Source: Marsupella aquatica (taxonomy: Eukaryota; Plantae; Marchantiophyta). Taken from it: 64,000 nt of DNA. The stretch is from NCBI GenBank assembly GCA_973895155.1, contig OZ316896.1, positions 16,852,754 through 16,916,753 on the forward strand. The letters are read 5' to 3'. The position numbers and the translations under genes were made by a program. The notes beneath the pieces are model-generated. The model searched no databases. It was given only the letters and a program-made list of their open reading frames with translations, and was not told where the DNA came from. Below are positions 1-11,800 of the stretch, in pieces. Each line of letters opens with the position of its first letter. Positions within the stretch are counted from its first letter, which is position 1.

Positions 1-3000
1 CGAATACATCACGCTACACGACCATACAGGCTAGTAACCTTTGAGTAGCATCAGAACACCTGCATTTCCTGATCATACATATCCTTCCCTACGCTACCCG
101 AATATCAGCGGCACGTTCGGCTCCAGTCCACAAACCTGCAGACCTACGCTACGTCCTGACCTCAACTTTTCTTTTCCCAAAAAATTGAAACCACACAGGT
201 CGATAGCCTTGCCGCCTCCCGTCTCCAAGACTTCCAAGACCAGTCCCTCACCAACGGCCCTTTTCCATGTTTGCACCACCTCGTATCCTTCTGTCCAGAT
301 AACCTGCTCAATGGCCAAACAGCCAAACCCTAACAGCCCGAAAGTCCAACTTCGCTTCAACTCAAACCCAAACACGAGCCTGTCTGCCGATAAACCTCGT
401 GGGAGAGCGCGGCGCAAGAAACGCCACACCCTCGAAAGATACTGCAACCACTCCGACTATACCGCTTCCAACTCCTACATCACCTACGCCCCTGCTCCTT
501 GCCCCTTTGGTCCCGCCGGGCACATACACAGTGCTACGAGCAGCACAATCATGCCCTCGCAAACATGTTTCAAACGTCAAGGACTGCCACCCCTCTGCTC
601 TCCCCGCTCCTCTCCTCCGCCACCGAGCAGAAAGGCCACAGACCGTCGAGCAACGCACTTCACCACAGCACCACTCCTCCTGTGTCGCGCTCGCGCTCTC
701 CTCAAACTCCCAGCAGAAACTAGCGCAGCAAGCAAGTTCGCAGAGCACAGAAGAAGCGACCCAAGCAAAGCAGAGCAGAGCAGAGCAGCAAAGAGAGAGC
801 AGAGCCGCAAAAGAGTAGTGAGAGTGCGGGAACGAGAGGACGAGTGGACGACAGGACGGGACGGGTGCTCCGCTGCGCTGCGCGGGCAGAATTAATCGGG
901 AACAAATGACGAGCACAAAGACCAGACGGATCGCACACACAGACACACCCACAGAGACACACACACCCACACAGAGGAGGCAACCCCAGCAAAGCAAACG
1001 CGAAAGCAACGAAATCAGCAGAACTAGTAGCAGAGCCAGCCACGGAGCAAAAGTGCCCTCTCTCTCGTTCTTCCTTCATTCGATCTTTGTGCGCCACCCT
1101 CATCGCTATTTATGCCCTCCTGCCTCCCTTCCCTTCAACCTCGCCGAAGTTCGCGCGCCCGTCCCCGTCACTCGCCCTCCGTCCCCCGCCGTCGCCTCCC
1201 TCCCTCCCCGCAACCTCCCCCTCCCTCCACCGTCCCCCCTCCCGGCCCCGGTCACCACTCCCCACTCCTCCGGTCTCTCCCTTCTTGGCCCCCACGTTGC
1301 AACCGGCGACAGCCCGCTTTCCCAGGTAAAACTCACCTGCAAGCGTTCGCGATGCCTTTCGCGGCCTGGCCGACGGCGACGGTCTGCCAGCGAAACACGT
1401 TACCACGGTACAGTACACTCCAGTCGCCCGCTCAACGGCGGTTCAAATTACCTCCTGCTCTGCCGGTTGCGGTTCAAAATATCCTCTGCGCTTCCGGTTA
1501 CCACGGTTCAGTGTACAGCGAGATGCACAATCGGACCCGCGTTACCGCCAATCAGCGAGCGAGCTCTTCCGGTTATAGAGCGTGAAACAGCGGAGACCAG
1601 ACTGGGACCGAATTTGAGGTCCATCTTGACTGGAGTTAGATCGAATGATAATGGCACTTTCCTGGGAAGCAATTGTGACCGTAGATAGGCCGATGAGACT
1701 CCTAGTTGGGAAGGGATGTCACGGCGGGAAAGTTCATATCAGGGGGCTACCACCGGCAACTACCGGCAACCACCACCACCTCTGGTTCAAAGTACGCCCG
1801 GTCACCGGATGGGGTACTCCTACTGTACAAAGTGCTGTGCCTCCATTTGAGACAGACATCATTCTTCCGATACAACAGTTTTTTTCTGGCTGATGTGAGA
1901 CCAGCCTGGTGGGGTGACACTCGGCATAATTGATGATTTGATGCAGCGTTTTTCATTGGCGAAAGTTGCTAGATTTCAACCCCTCTGAAAAGTTTTTTGC
2001 CACCCTAGCCCCCATTATAGCCAGAATCTGGCTGGTGACCTTTAATGTAGAAAGCTTTGATGGGCAAAAACTCAATTTAAAATAATTAAACAAGAAATAT
2101 TCTTAGCATCTTCTCCCTCACACTAGGAGACCTTAGCCACCTGGCTAAAACGAAAATCCGTTTCATGGCATGTGGATTCCCAAATCTTAATTGGACAGGG
2201 AATCAGGATCTCACAAGTGACCCCTAAGATCATTATTCCGTGTTCGTCAGCCTCGGCCCAACCTGACCCCTCCTAGACCTGTACGAATTAAATAATCTGA
2301 GGCTTTTTACCCACAACAAGACCCAATGTTTACCATTTGAATACAGTGGGATTTGAAGTCAAAAATTTAGATGTGTTTTCTTTGATTTATAGTATAGTAC
2401 AATTAATTTTATAGGTTTTTCTGTCTTACACAATTTGGTAGGAGAAAGATCCTCACTCAAACCAGGATGACTGCTTTTAGGTGTTCTAGTAGTTTTTCCT
2501 CATCCTAGATTATTGTGATGCTGACTCTCCCCATCCATACAAAAGAGAAAAAAATTATATTAACCAAACCTAAGTAAAAGAGCTGTGCCATGGCCCTTTT
2601 AGCGATGTCAAGGGCATCCTCTACTATTATTGTTCTCAAAGTCATTTCTTAGTCAATATTTTCATTCACTCGGTATGTTGGTACAAGTCTGCAATGTGAA
2701 CCCTCCTTATCAGATAGGGATGCCTTGTTGGACAAAAACTCTTGTATACGATGATGAAGGAGGGTCAGCTCTCCAGATCAAACATCGCAATGCAAGGCTG
2801 CACTTTATAAAAGGACCACAAACACTTTGGCTCAAAAGAGTTAGGTTTTTCAAGAGGAAGCAGAATGAAGGTTTTAGCATGATTGCAACTTCATTTTCCT
2901 TCCTAACGTCAAGTGTGTACCCCCTCTAGAGTGAGGTCCCGAGCATATGGTCAATTTCCTTGAGACTTGAGAGATCTAGCCATTTTCAAATATGAGTGTC

Positions 3001-5680
3001 TCATTTGTCACATTTCACTCATCATGTGATCTGTACCATATGAGCAAAAACAGGGTTTTGTTGCTGTCCATACAGGTTGCAAAAATCTATCAGGGTCTTT
3101 TGTCAAATGCAAAGTTCCATTCAAGCTTCAATTTTGTCCTGGGGGACTCATACATGCAAGATGCAATAGTCAAAATAAGTTCACACTTGGAGCCCCTACT
3201 TATGTATGCTTTAAGCTTGTAAGGAAGGTAATACAAATTTTTTGTTTTCATTACTTTTTAATTTTACCTGTTTATAACATTCTAAAATTTTGCACTCTAA
3301 AATATTTTGTTACACAATTTTAATAATTATCTATTTTTTGCACAAGCCATGGCACTATGGTTGTAACTGCTGTTGGCTTCTCTGAGTGCCAAAATCACCC
3401 CTTCTCCAGCTCCTGTGCAAAATGATTCCAAGAAAAACAAGGGGAACAAATACAGAATTGCCAAATTTTGCCTTTAGCTATATAATTGGTTTGCCCTTAA
3501 GATCTAGAAACATCTAAGACTTTCCATAATTTTAATATATTTATAGGTACATATTACATGGCTCCAACTTATTTTTCCTCTTCCCCTTAGGCATTCGCCA
3601 GTTCAATTCCCTCAAAAAATTTGGAAAAGAAATTATTGACTGTTGAGATCTGGAGTGGGGGAGGCCCAATCATTTTGTTTTGAGGATTGGGCGTGTGGGA
3701 TAATGCTTTTATAGAATCACCAAAGTGCCCAAAGAAGTAGAATAAATATGCCCTCCAAAAGTTTATAATATTGTGACACGTGAAGAATGAATGGTTTACA
3801 CCTTTGTATTTTCTATTTCCTGTCCTCGGTCTTTTTAATGTAAATCATGCAGAATTATGCTACTATACGGCCTCACTGCCAGACTTTCAATCTACTCAGT
3901 CAATAAACATACCAAATTTCAATAAATAGTACCCTAAACAAAAGCTCAACTAAAGCTCAACAAAAGTGAAACTTGCATCCTGAAACTTGCATCCTCGAAT
4001 TTCTTTCCCCCTCCTTGCCCACCTGGACCTCCCACACATTTCTTTTCTCTCTTTGGTCCTCCAATCCTATCTCACTTTTTTCTCTTTTGTTTCCCTTTAA
4101 TGTCTTTCATATGATTGGTTTGATGAGGGTCATCACACAGTTTTGGGACATCCCTTTTTCTTCAATTGTTCTTGTGAGTAGGTCCCAAGCCTGGACAGAC
4201 TTGAGACAACAAATTTATGGCTACAAAACTCTTTTAATTCTCTTACACTTTTGTCAACCTCTAGATACAAAAATTAAGTTTGGTTAGTTAAGAAGGTTGC
4301 AACAGTCAACATCTTGCCATACTTCATTGAGGTTGTCAATGTCCTCAACTTAATCTCAACACTGTCTCTCACCCTTGCTGAGCATAGACGAGAGCATAGA
4401 CGACATTCGCAATGGCAAGCCCATGAACCATCTAACGTACAATAGTCGACATAGAGAGATACATGGTTCACCTCCACATGAGGCTACGTCCACGGGAACA
4501 CACAAGAGCTTTACTGCACTCTAGGCCGACAGGCCATACCAAGCATCCACAACACAAGCTCTCCCTATCTCTCAACTAGCTCCGTAACAATGAGCCTAAG
4601 TTCCACCAGGGTCTCATCAGCCCTGGCTATACTCACAACAGCACTACCACTAACATTAGCTAAGTCCTAACCCAAGTTAGACTAACTGTGTTTAGCTCAT
4701 GAGTCACAAGACTAGAGTAATATCTAACAACCCTCGACAAGGGGGGAAGGGGGAGCAGGGCAACCAATCAAGATGAGACAGAGTGGGTTGGGGCGGGAGC
4801 AAAGTACAAGAACCATCCCAATCTCACAAGTTGGAGAAGTGCTGCACTGAGGGTAGAGGACACTCATAGCCATCCAATGGTGAAACCTGGTTGGATGTTG
4901 ATGGCATGTTGTTTCAAGTTAACTAGAATTACTTTGCTTTGACAACATGAAGAAATGACAAAAATGAAACGAACCTATCATAAAATTGACAAAAATAATA
5001 AATCAGACATGAGCCAGTAGAAGAGGCACGACATTCCTTTCAAGAACTATTTGCTATTTTCTCATCTTCAACCTTCACTGTAATTTGTAACCTGAAGTCC
5101 GGACAACCAAGAAAATGTCCCTGCCCATTCCCATGGACTGCACAAAGTGGTCATTGATTTTACACCAAAAAAAGCGCCAGTTGTGGATTGCAATTGACAA
5201 ATTTGACTACCCTATGGAGAAAGTAGTCAAGACATCAAGTCATGTTTTTGGCTCATTTTTTTAAAATGGACTCTATTCAACTTAATGTCGCCTGAATGGC
5301 TCAACAATGGTGCTTAAGAAGAATTCATTTGAACTTTCTTCATCTTGAAGCTCCAATCTCAGCCCAATTGAGAGCAAGCAAATTGGATCAATGAGATGGA
5401 GAATGTGATTGAAAACATTTGCCCCACTCTGCCACTCCCATATCATGGATTTGAGCCCACTCCTTAGAAAATTTTTGAGTAGTTGCAAACTTCACTAGTA
5501 CATAGCACATTTTCAAGATGCGCATGATGTCTTGATGATGTACTCGACAGGGTCATCAGAGTAGTCAACTATTTGTGACCTATTAAACCTTACTTTGGAA
5601 TTTGGCAGATGGGTCAATTTATTTGAATGACTTCTAGATTTCAGTTAAAGCTGAATTGTTTTCCAGCATGGTCTCTTATA

Positions 5681-6038
5681 TGTCATGCCGAGGGACAGTG
5701 CCTCTTATGCACATCGGCATGTCCCTCGCCTGCCCGCTAGGTATGTAGTTAGGGCTAGTGTACTACCTGAGTTAGCGACATGTTCTTGTAGCAAGTCTGG
5801 GCCGTTCTTGAAGCAAATGTGCTTGTTAGTGTGACGCCAGGACTTTGCTTGCTTAGGGCATGTCTTTCTTTGTGGGTTTTCAGTTCTTCTTGAATCGCTG
5901 TCGACAGAGCTCAGACAGTGCTCGTCGGTTCCATACACGGGATTCACACAGTGATTCGTTAGATGCTCCCGACCGATCTTGGCATCCCGCCGGTTTTCGA
6001 TTCGATTTCAGTACACTCGTTTCTCTTACGCCTTTTAT
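5681..6038 (+). repeat. Outer element terminal repeat A1 (~358 bp)
   Basis: Near-identical to 24709-25066 (about 3 substitutions seen by eye). Confidence 0.92.
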
Positions 6039-6051
6039 TCCAGAAGAACTG
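6037..6051 (+). promoter_or_regulatory. Putative self-priming primer-binding site, outer element
   Basis: ATTCCAGAAGAACTG directly after A1 is 14/15 complementary to CAGTTCTTCTTGAAT at 5881-5895. No TGG-type tRNA PBS is present. Confidence 0.7.
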
Positions 6052-7378
6052 TGATGAGGGGAAGAAGATCGGAGACGCTGTGCTTCTCAATTGCTCGAGA
6101 CAATTGACATTTTTCCGTTGATGCCGGTGCAATTTCTATGGAAAAACGTTGAGCGATGGGGTGGAAGTTATGGCTTGTGTGTATACACTTAAGTATATAC
6201 ACTTAAGTCAAACAGGCCCCCCCTCTCTCTTTTCCTTTGCGCTTTGCTTTCAGGGTTTTTCGTTTCCGGCCCCTGCCAACTGCTGCTTCAGCGCCTGCCA
6301 CGACCTTTTTTGGGCCGTATTTTGGTGTTCCCCGGCCAATTTCCGTCGCAAGCTGTTCCCCGGCCGCGACCCCTTTTTCTTTACTCGGCCTGCCGTCGCG
6401 AGCTGCTTCCGGCCCGGCAGCTACCCTGTCTGAGTGCTTGTGTATACACACATTCGGGGCCCATCAATGCCCCTGGGCGCGCTCCTTTCACTCGGCCTTA
6501 CGCACATAGGGCATCGTGCCCTGGTCTTAATAGAGCTGTTGGTAGGAGGGGGAGCCGAGCGGCAGCGCGAGGAGAGGAGGGGGCACAAAGCCCTATGAGG
6601 AATTAAGGAGGGGGAGGGGAGTTAAGTCGACTCCCTTCTCGGGAGTACATACGACTCCCTCCTTGGGAGTTTCTGCCAGGGGCAGAAGGCCCTATGAGGG
6701 ATTTAAAGCAAGGGGGAGGGGGAGTTGAAGCAGGGGTGCAAGGAGAGGGCACAAGGCCCTATGTTGCATTAAACGGACCTGGGGAGTACATTCGAGCCAG
6801 GCACGAGGCCCACAGTGCGTTTAAGAGGGGAGGGGGAGCTCATAGCCCCCACCTCTTCGGGAGCATAAGGAGAAGGGGGCGCGAAGCCCTATGCAGGGCT
6901 CGAGCCCATTAGGGGCCATTTCTTTTTCCTCGCCTCGCCCTTTTCTTTTTCGCCTCGCCTCGCTTTCGCTTTTATTCGTCTGTAGCATAGCGCACGGTGC
7001 CCGAGTGTGTATACACACTCGCTCGGTTGCCAGTCCCCACCTTATTTTTCTTTTCCGACACGCACCTTTCGTCAGTTTCTGGGTCCACGCCGGGGCCGAC
7101 GTATACACTTAAGGGCCCCCCCTTTCACATTTTTTGTGGCCATTTCTTTGCGGATTTCTTTGCTGCCGCCGACGGTCATCTGCATAGGGCTGCGGGCCCG
7201 GGGTATACACATGGGATGGCAATCCGACATTGCCTATGTATACACATAGGCCAGTGCGACAGGGACACAATTTGAGGTTTTAAGGGTCCTTTTCCCCGAC
7301 GGTCTTTTGACGGTGACGGGTTTTCTTAGTCTTTACACATTTTGCACATTTTGGGTACATCGGGTATTGTCACCCAGC

Positions 7379-8147
7379 ATGTCAGCAGACAAGCCGGGAG
7401 GTAGTAGCTCACCGCCACCAACACCTCGGTACCACTTACGGAGTGATCCACGACCATTGGTGCCAATTTCATTGGAATCTCGGCAATTTCGACGACGTCC
7501 GCAGACAGCAGCAGCACCCACACCACGCAATCCTTCTGCTCAATTTGGCAGTCGCTTCACCACTACCCCGAAGCCTGCTATCACTTCCTTGCCATTTACC
7601 CCTTCTGCATCAGTGGTTGTTCCAGCTTCACCGACATACAGCATGGATGCTAGCCACTCATCTGGCCGCATTGAGCGCTTCAGCGGGTGGCCAGGCACTG
7701 TCTCTTTATGTGAGTTCAAATCCACTTTCTACACTGTCGTTTACGAATTGGAGTTGAAGTATGGCAGCAATTTCACAAATGCTTTTGCATTTAAGCAGTT
7801 AGCCAGGTATGTGCACCATGAGGTGTTGGATGTGTATGAGCAGCACTCTCAACAGCTGCTTGCTGTCACACAGTTGCCTAACCCTACCTATGCTAGTGCA
7901 ATTATGGCAGTCTCACAATTGGCCTTACAGAATGCCATTGCAACCCATGCTGCTACTCCTGCCACTTCCCCTCCTACTCTAGTTCCCACCACTGCGCCAA
8001 TTACTCCCACTGTCTTGGCACAGGCTACATCAGGCATTTCTCCCACCATTGATTCCCCTGCCTTTGCTGATCCAGTGGTTGAGTTTTTCCAGGTTCTTGA
8101 ATTGGAATTCCCAATCAAGAGTGCTGATAAAATCATGCAGTTGGCCA
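7379..8147 (+). pseudogene. gag: Outer element gag, 5' part (cut by the nested insertion)
   Basis: MSADKPGG...KIMQLA, highly similar to the inner gag. Confidence 0.9.
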
Positions 8148-8323
8148 TGTCGTGACATATAGTATCGTAGCCATAGTGTATCGAAAACATACAAGTCACC
8201 GGCAATGCATATGTGCAAGCTGCTAGCAACCAACATGCATAGAAAAAGTCCAATCACATTCACAGGTGCCAAGAAAAAGCAACTGAGGTGGTATGTACGT
8301 AGTGGAGGTGTAAACCTCTGTAT
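8148..8323 (-). repeat. Inner element terminal repeat B2
   Basis: Copy of 8654-8829. Confidence 0.92.
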
Positions 8324-8651
8324 AAATCGAATCGAAAACCGGCAGGATGCCAAGATCGGTCGGGAGCATCTAACAAATCACTGTGTGAATCCCGTGTACG
8401 GAATCGACGAGCACTGTCTGAGCTCTGTCAACAGCGATTCAAGAAGAACTGAAGAACGGCAAAGAAAAACATGCCCTAAGTAGGACCGGGTCCAGGCGTC
8501 ATACTAACAAACCTCTTTTGCTTCAAGAACAGCCCAGACTCGCTACAAGAACATGACACTAACTCAAGTAGTACACTAGCCCTAACCATACCTAGCGGGC
8601 ATGCGAGGGACATGCCGATGTGCACAAGCGGCACTGTCCCTCGGCATGACA
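8324..8651 (-). repeat. Inner element repeat A2 (~30 bp short at its 3' end)
   Basis: Copy of 17571-17927 that ends at ...CGATTCGATTT instead of ...CGCCCTTTAT. Confidence 0.9.
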
Positions 8652-8653
8652 GC

Positions 8654-8829
8654 TGTCGTGACATATAGTATCGTAGCCATAGTGTATCGAAAACATACAA
8701 GTCACCGGTAATGCATATATGCAAGCTGCTAGCAACCAACATGCATAGAAAAAGTCCAATCACATTCACAGGTGCCAAGAAAAAGCAACTGAGGTGGTAT
8801 GTATGTAGTGGAGGTGTAAACCTCTGTAT
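8654..8829 (-). repeat. Inner element repeat B1
   Basis: Follows the G7 tract (C7 at 8830-8836 on +). Repeated at 8148-8323. Confidence 0.92.
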
Positions 8830-8868
8830 CCCCCCCAGACCACGGCCAAAAGGAGGGCTGAAGAAAAG

Positions 8869-11800
8869 TCAGATAGCACGTGGAGCACAGGAAGGGCAAA
8901 ACCATAACCCTTCTGGCACCTGGGTAAGTTCAGGCCGAAGGCAGAAAAGATGGTACCCTCCATTGCAATTGTCACACAGCAGCATCTGGTCAGCATCATC
9001 AATTTGCAAACACACTTTGCAAGGGTAGTCCACAGGTGGAATCCAAGTAGAAGTCACAATGGTGGGATCCAGGTTAGGCAGATGATAAGGGGCGCAATTC
9101 TTGGCATTGTCAGCAATTGTGCGCCCATCTGCCCCTTGTAACTCTAGCACTCCAGACGGTCGAATAGCTTTGAACCTGAGAATAGTGCGACTGGTAGAGG
9201 TGTCCAGGGTGTCGTTAGCTTGCCGCTGCAAGTACACAAAATCTCCCACTTCAAACTTCCTGACCTTGGGCTGAAAAGTGCCCCCTCGTGTGTGTGCATA
9301 ACGCAGTGTGTCCCTGTGCTGTGCAATGGCCAAATTCTCCATGGCCATGGGCATAACCCTCCTGAATAGGGCAGCCCTCTCAAAGATCACATCAGACCAA
9401 GTCACAGCTGAATCCAAGTCCACCACGTGAAGCATGTGAGAAGCAATAGCAGAAGGTGGAACTGGGTGACGACCAAACAACAAGAAGTAGGGAGAAAAGT
9501 TAGACAGTGATGCATGTTTGGACATCCTATACCCCATGGCAATGTAGGGTAAGGCCAGGTCCCAATCCTCCTTGTTTTTGGTGAGGCAGATCTTCCGAAG
9601 GCCCTTCTTGCATGTCTGAACCATGCGCTCTGCCAAGCCATCTGCCTGTGGGTGATCTCGTGATGTCCGGCGATGATCAATGAGAGCCTGATCAAGCAGC
9701 TCCTGGAACTCTCCTCTAAACTCTGAGCCCTGGTCAGTGAGACATTCTGCACAAGCTCCAAAGCGGCTGAGAACTTGTTGCAAGAATGCCTGGCTGGTGC
9801 TACGGGAGGTCTTATCCGGCAATGCCACAAGTTCTATCCACTTGGAGAAATGCTCTATCATGATCATGATGTAGAGATTACCCCGAGATGTGAGGGGTAA
9901 TTCTCCAGCCAAATCACATGACCAACGATAAAACATGCCCTGAATAGGGAGTGGATGAAGTGTGGGTTGCCGAGATGTGAAAGAAGTCCTTACCCTATCA
10001 CACTGCTCACACCGGGCAATAACATCTCGAACCTGGCCATGCATGCCTCTCCAATGATAACGGGGGACCAAGAGGCTATAAGTCCTCTTAACACCAAAAT
10101 GACCAAGCTCAGAATGTACCTTACGGATAAGGCCAACCCTCTCATGAATGGGTGGAACCACCACTTCCCTATCTGGCAAGCAGCGCACAAGATGATCTCC
10201 CTTCCACAAGTAGTGCTTGGACCTTTGCTGAATTCGGTCTCTCTGGGCAGCTGTAACATGGGTGGGGTACTCCCCATCCTGCAGAAATCTCAGAGTGTCG
10301 CTGTCCTCCCATATGTCCACCACAGGTTGGTCAACAATGTAGCATGGCAGCAAAGCAAGATAGGTAGATGCATGAAATGTAGGCAGGATGGAAACCTGGT
10401 CAAAATCCTGCCGTGCATCTGAGGGATCATCAGAGGCAATCAAAGGGCTGCGGGACATAGTGTCAGCATTTTGATGTGTCACACCAGGCCTATGAATTAC
10501 CTCAAAATTATACTCCTGGAGTATGAGTGCCCAACGAGCAAGCTTGCCAGTAAGCTTGTCGTTGGTCATCAACCACTTCAAGGGCTGGTGGTCGGTGTAG
10601 AGAACAAACCTGGTCCCATAGAGGTAGGGCCTGTAATGTATGACAGCCCACACAACAGCAAGGCATTCACCCTCATAAGAAGAATAATGACTCTCTGCCT
10701 GATTGTTGCTCCTGGATGCATAGGCAATGACGTACTCTTTACCTTCCTCATCATGCTGGCCCAGAATGGCACCAATCCCAAGGGCACTCCAATCTGTGTG
10801 TAGCACAAAGACCTTGTTGAAATCAGGTTTTCTCAGCACCGGGTATTCTGAGAGCTTCTCCTTCAAAGTGGCAAATGCTGCCTCAGCATCTGTACTCCAT
10901 GTCCAAGTCACATTCTTTTTCAACAAAGCATACAATGGGTGTGCAATGGTACTGAAATCTTTGATGTAGATCCGGTAGTAATTGCACAACCCAATAAAAC
11001 TCCTCAAAGTGTGAACATCGGTAGGAGTGGGCATTTCCAAGATGGATACCACCTTGGCCCAGTGAGCCATGGTTCCATTTGGAAGAATGCGATGCCCAAG
11101 ATATACTACTGATTTGACAGCAAATTCACACTTCTTGGGGTGTATCTTTAGGTTCACCTTCTTAAGCCTCATGAATAGCTCCTCAAGGTCAAGTAGATGC
11201 TGGTCAAATCCTTTGCTGTGGACCAACACATCATCAATGTAGCATTTCAAAAACTCAGCACCTTGAAGAACTTGGTCCATGACTCTTTGAAAGAATATGG
11301 GCGCATTCTTCAAGCCAAATGGCATCACCAACCACTCCCATAGTTGGTTACTACCATGGAAAGCTGTTTTCTTGCGGTCCTTTGCAAGCAGCAAAATCTG
11401 GTTGAAGCCTTGCCTTAGATCCACAAGAGTGAAGATGTCTGAGTCTCCAATGCTGTCAAATAGCTCCTCTGGCCGCGGCATGGGGTACCTGTCCTGGGTT
11501 GTGACCAGGTTCAATGGTCTGTAGTCCCCACACATGCGCTTCTCTGTCCACAATCCACTGGAATCCTTCTTTGCTGGCATCACTATAGCTGCCGCAAAAT
11601 CTGATGTAGATGGCTGAATAAGACCAGCTTCATAGAGCTCTTGGCACCTCTCATCCACCAGCTGCCACTCATGCTTACTCAAACGGTGTCTCCGCCTGAA
11701 GATAGGTGTTTCATCAGCCAACTCAATGGAGAACTGCATAGTCTTGCACTTACCCAAGTCCTTCATAGAGAAAGCAAACACATTCTCATGCTTGAGGAGC

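Noticed and set aside
41-1688. Overlapping GC-rich ORFs of 140-284 aa
   Set aside because: Low-complexity S/P/R-rich translations with no domain motifs. The region looks like a 5' UTR or promoter, probably of a minus-strand gene outside the window, but this cannot be supported.
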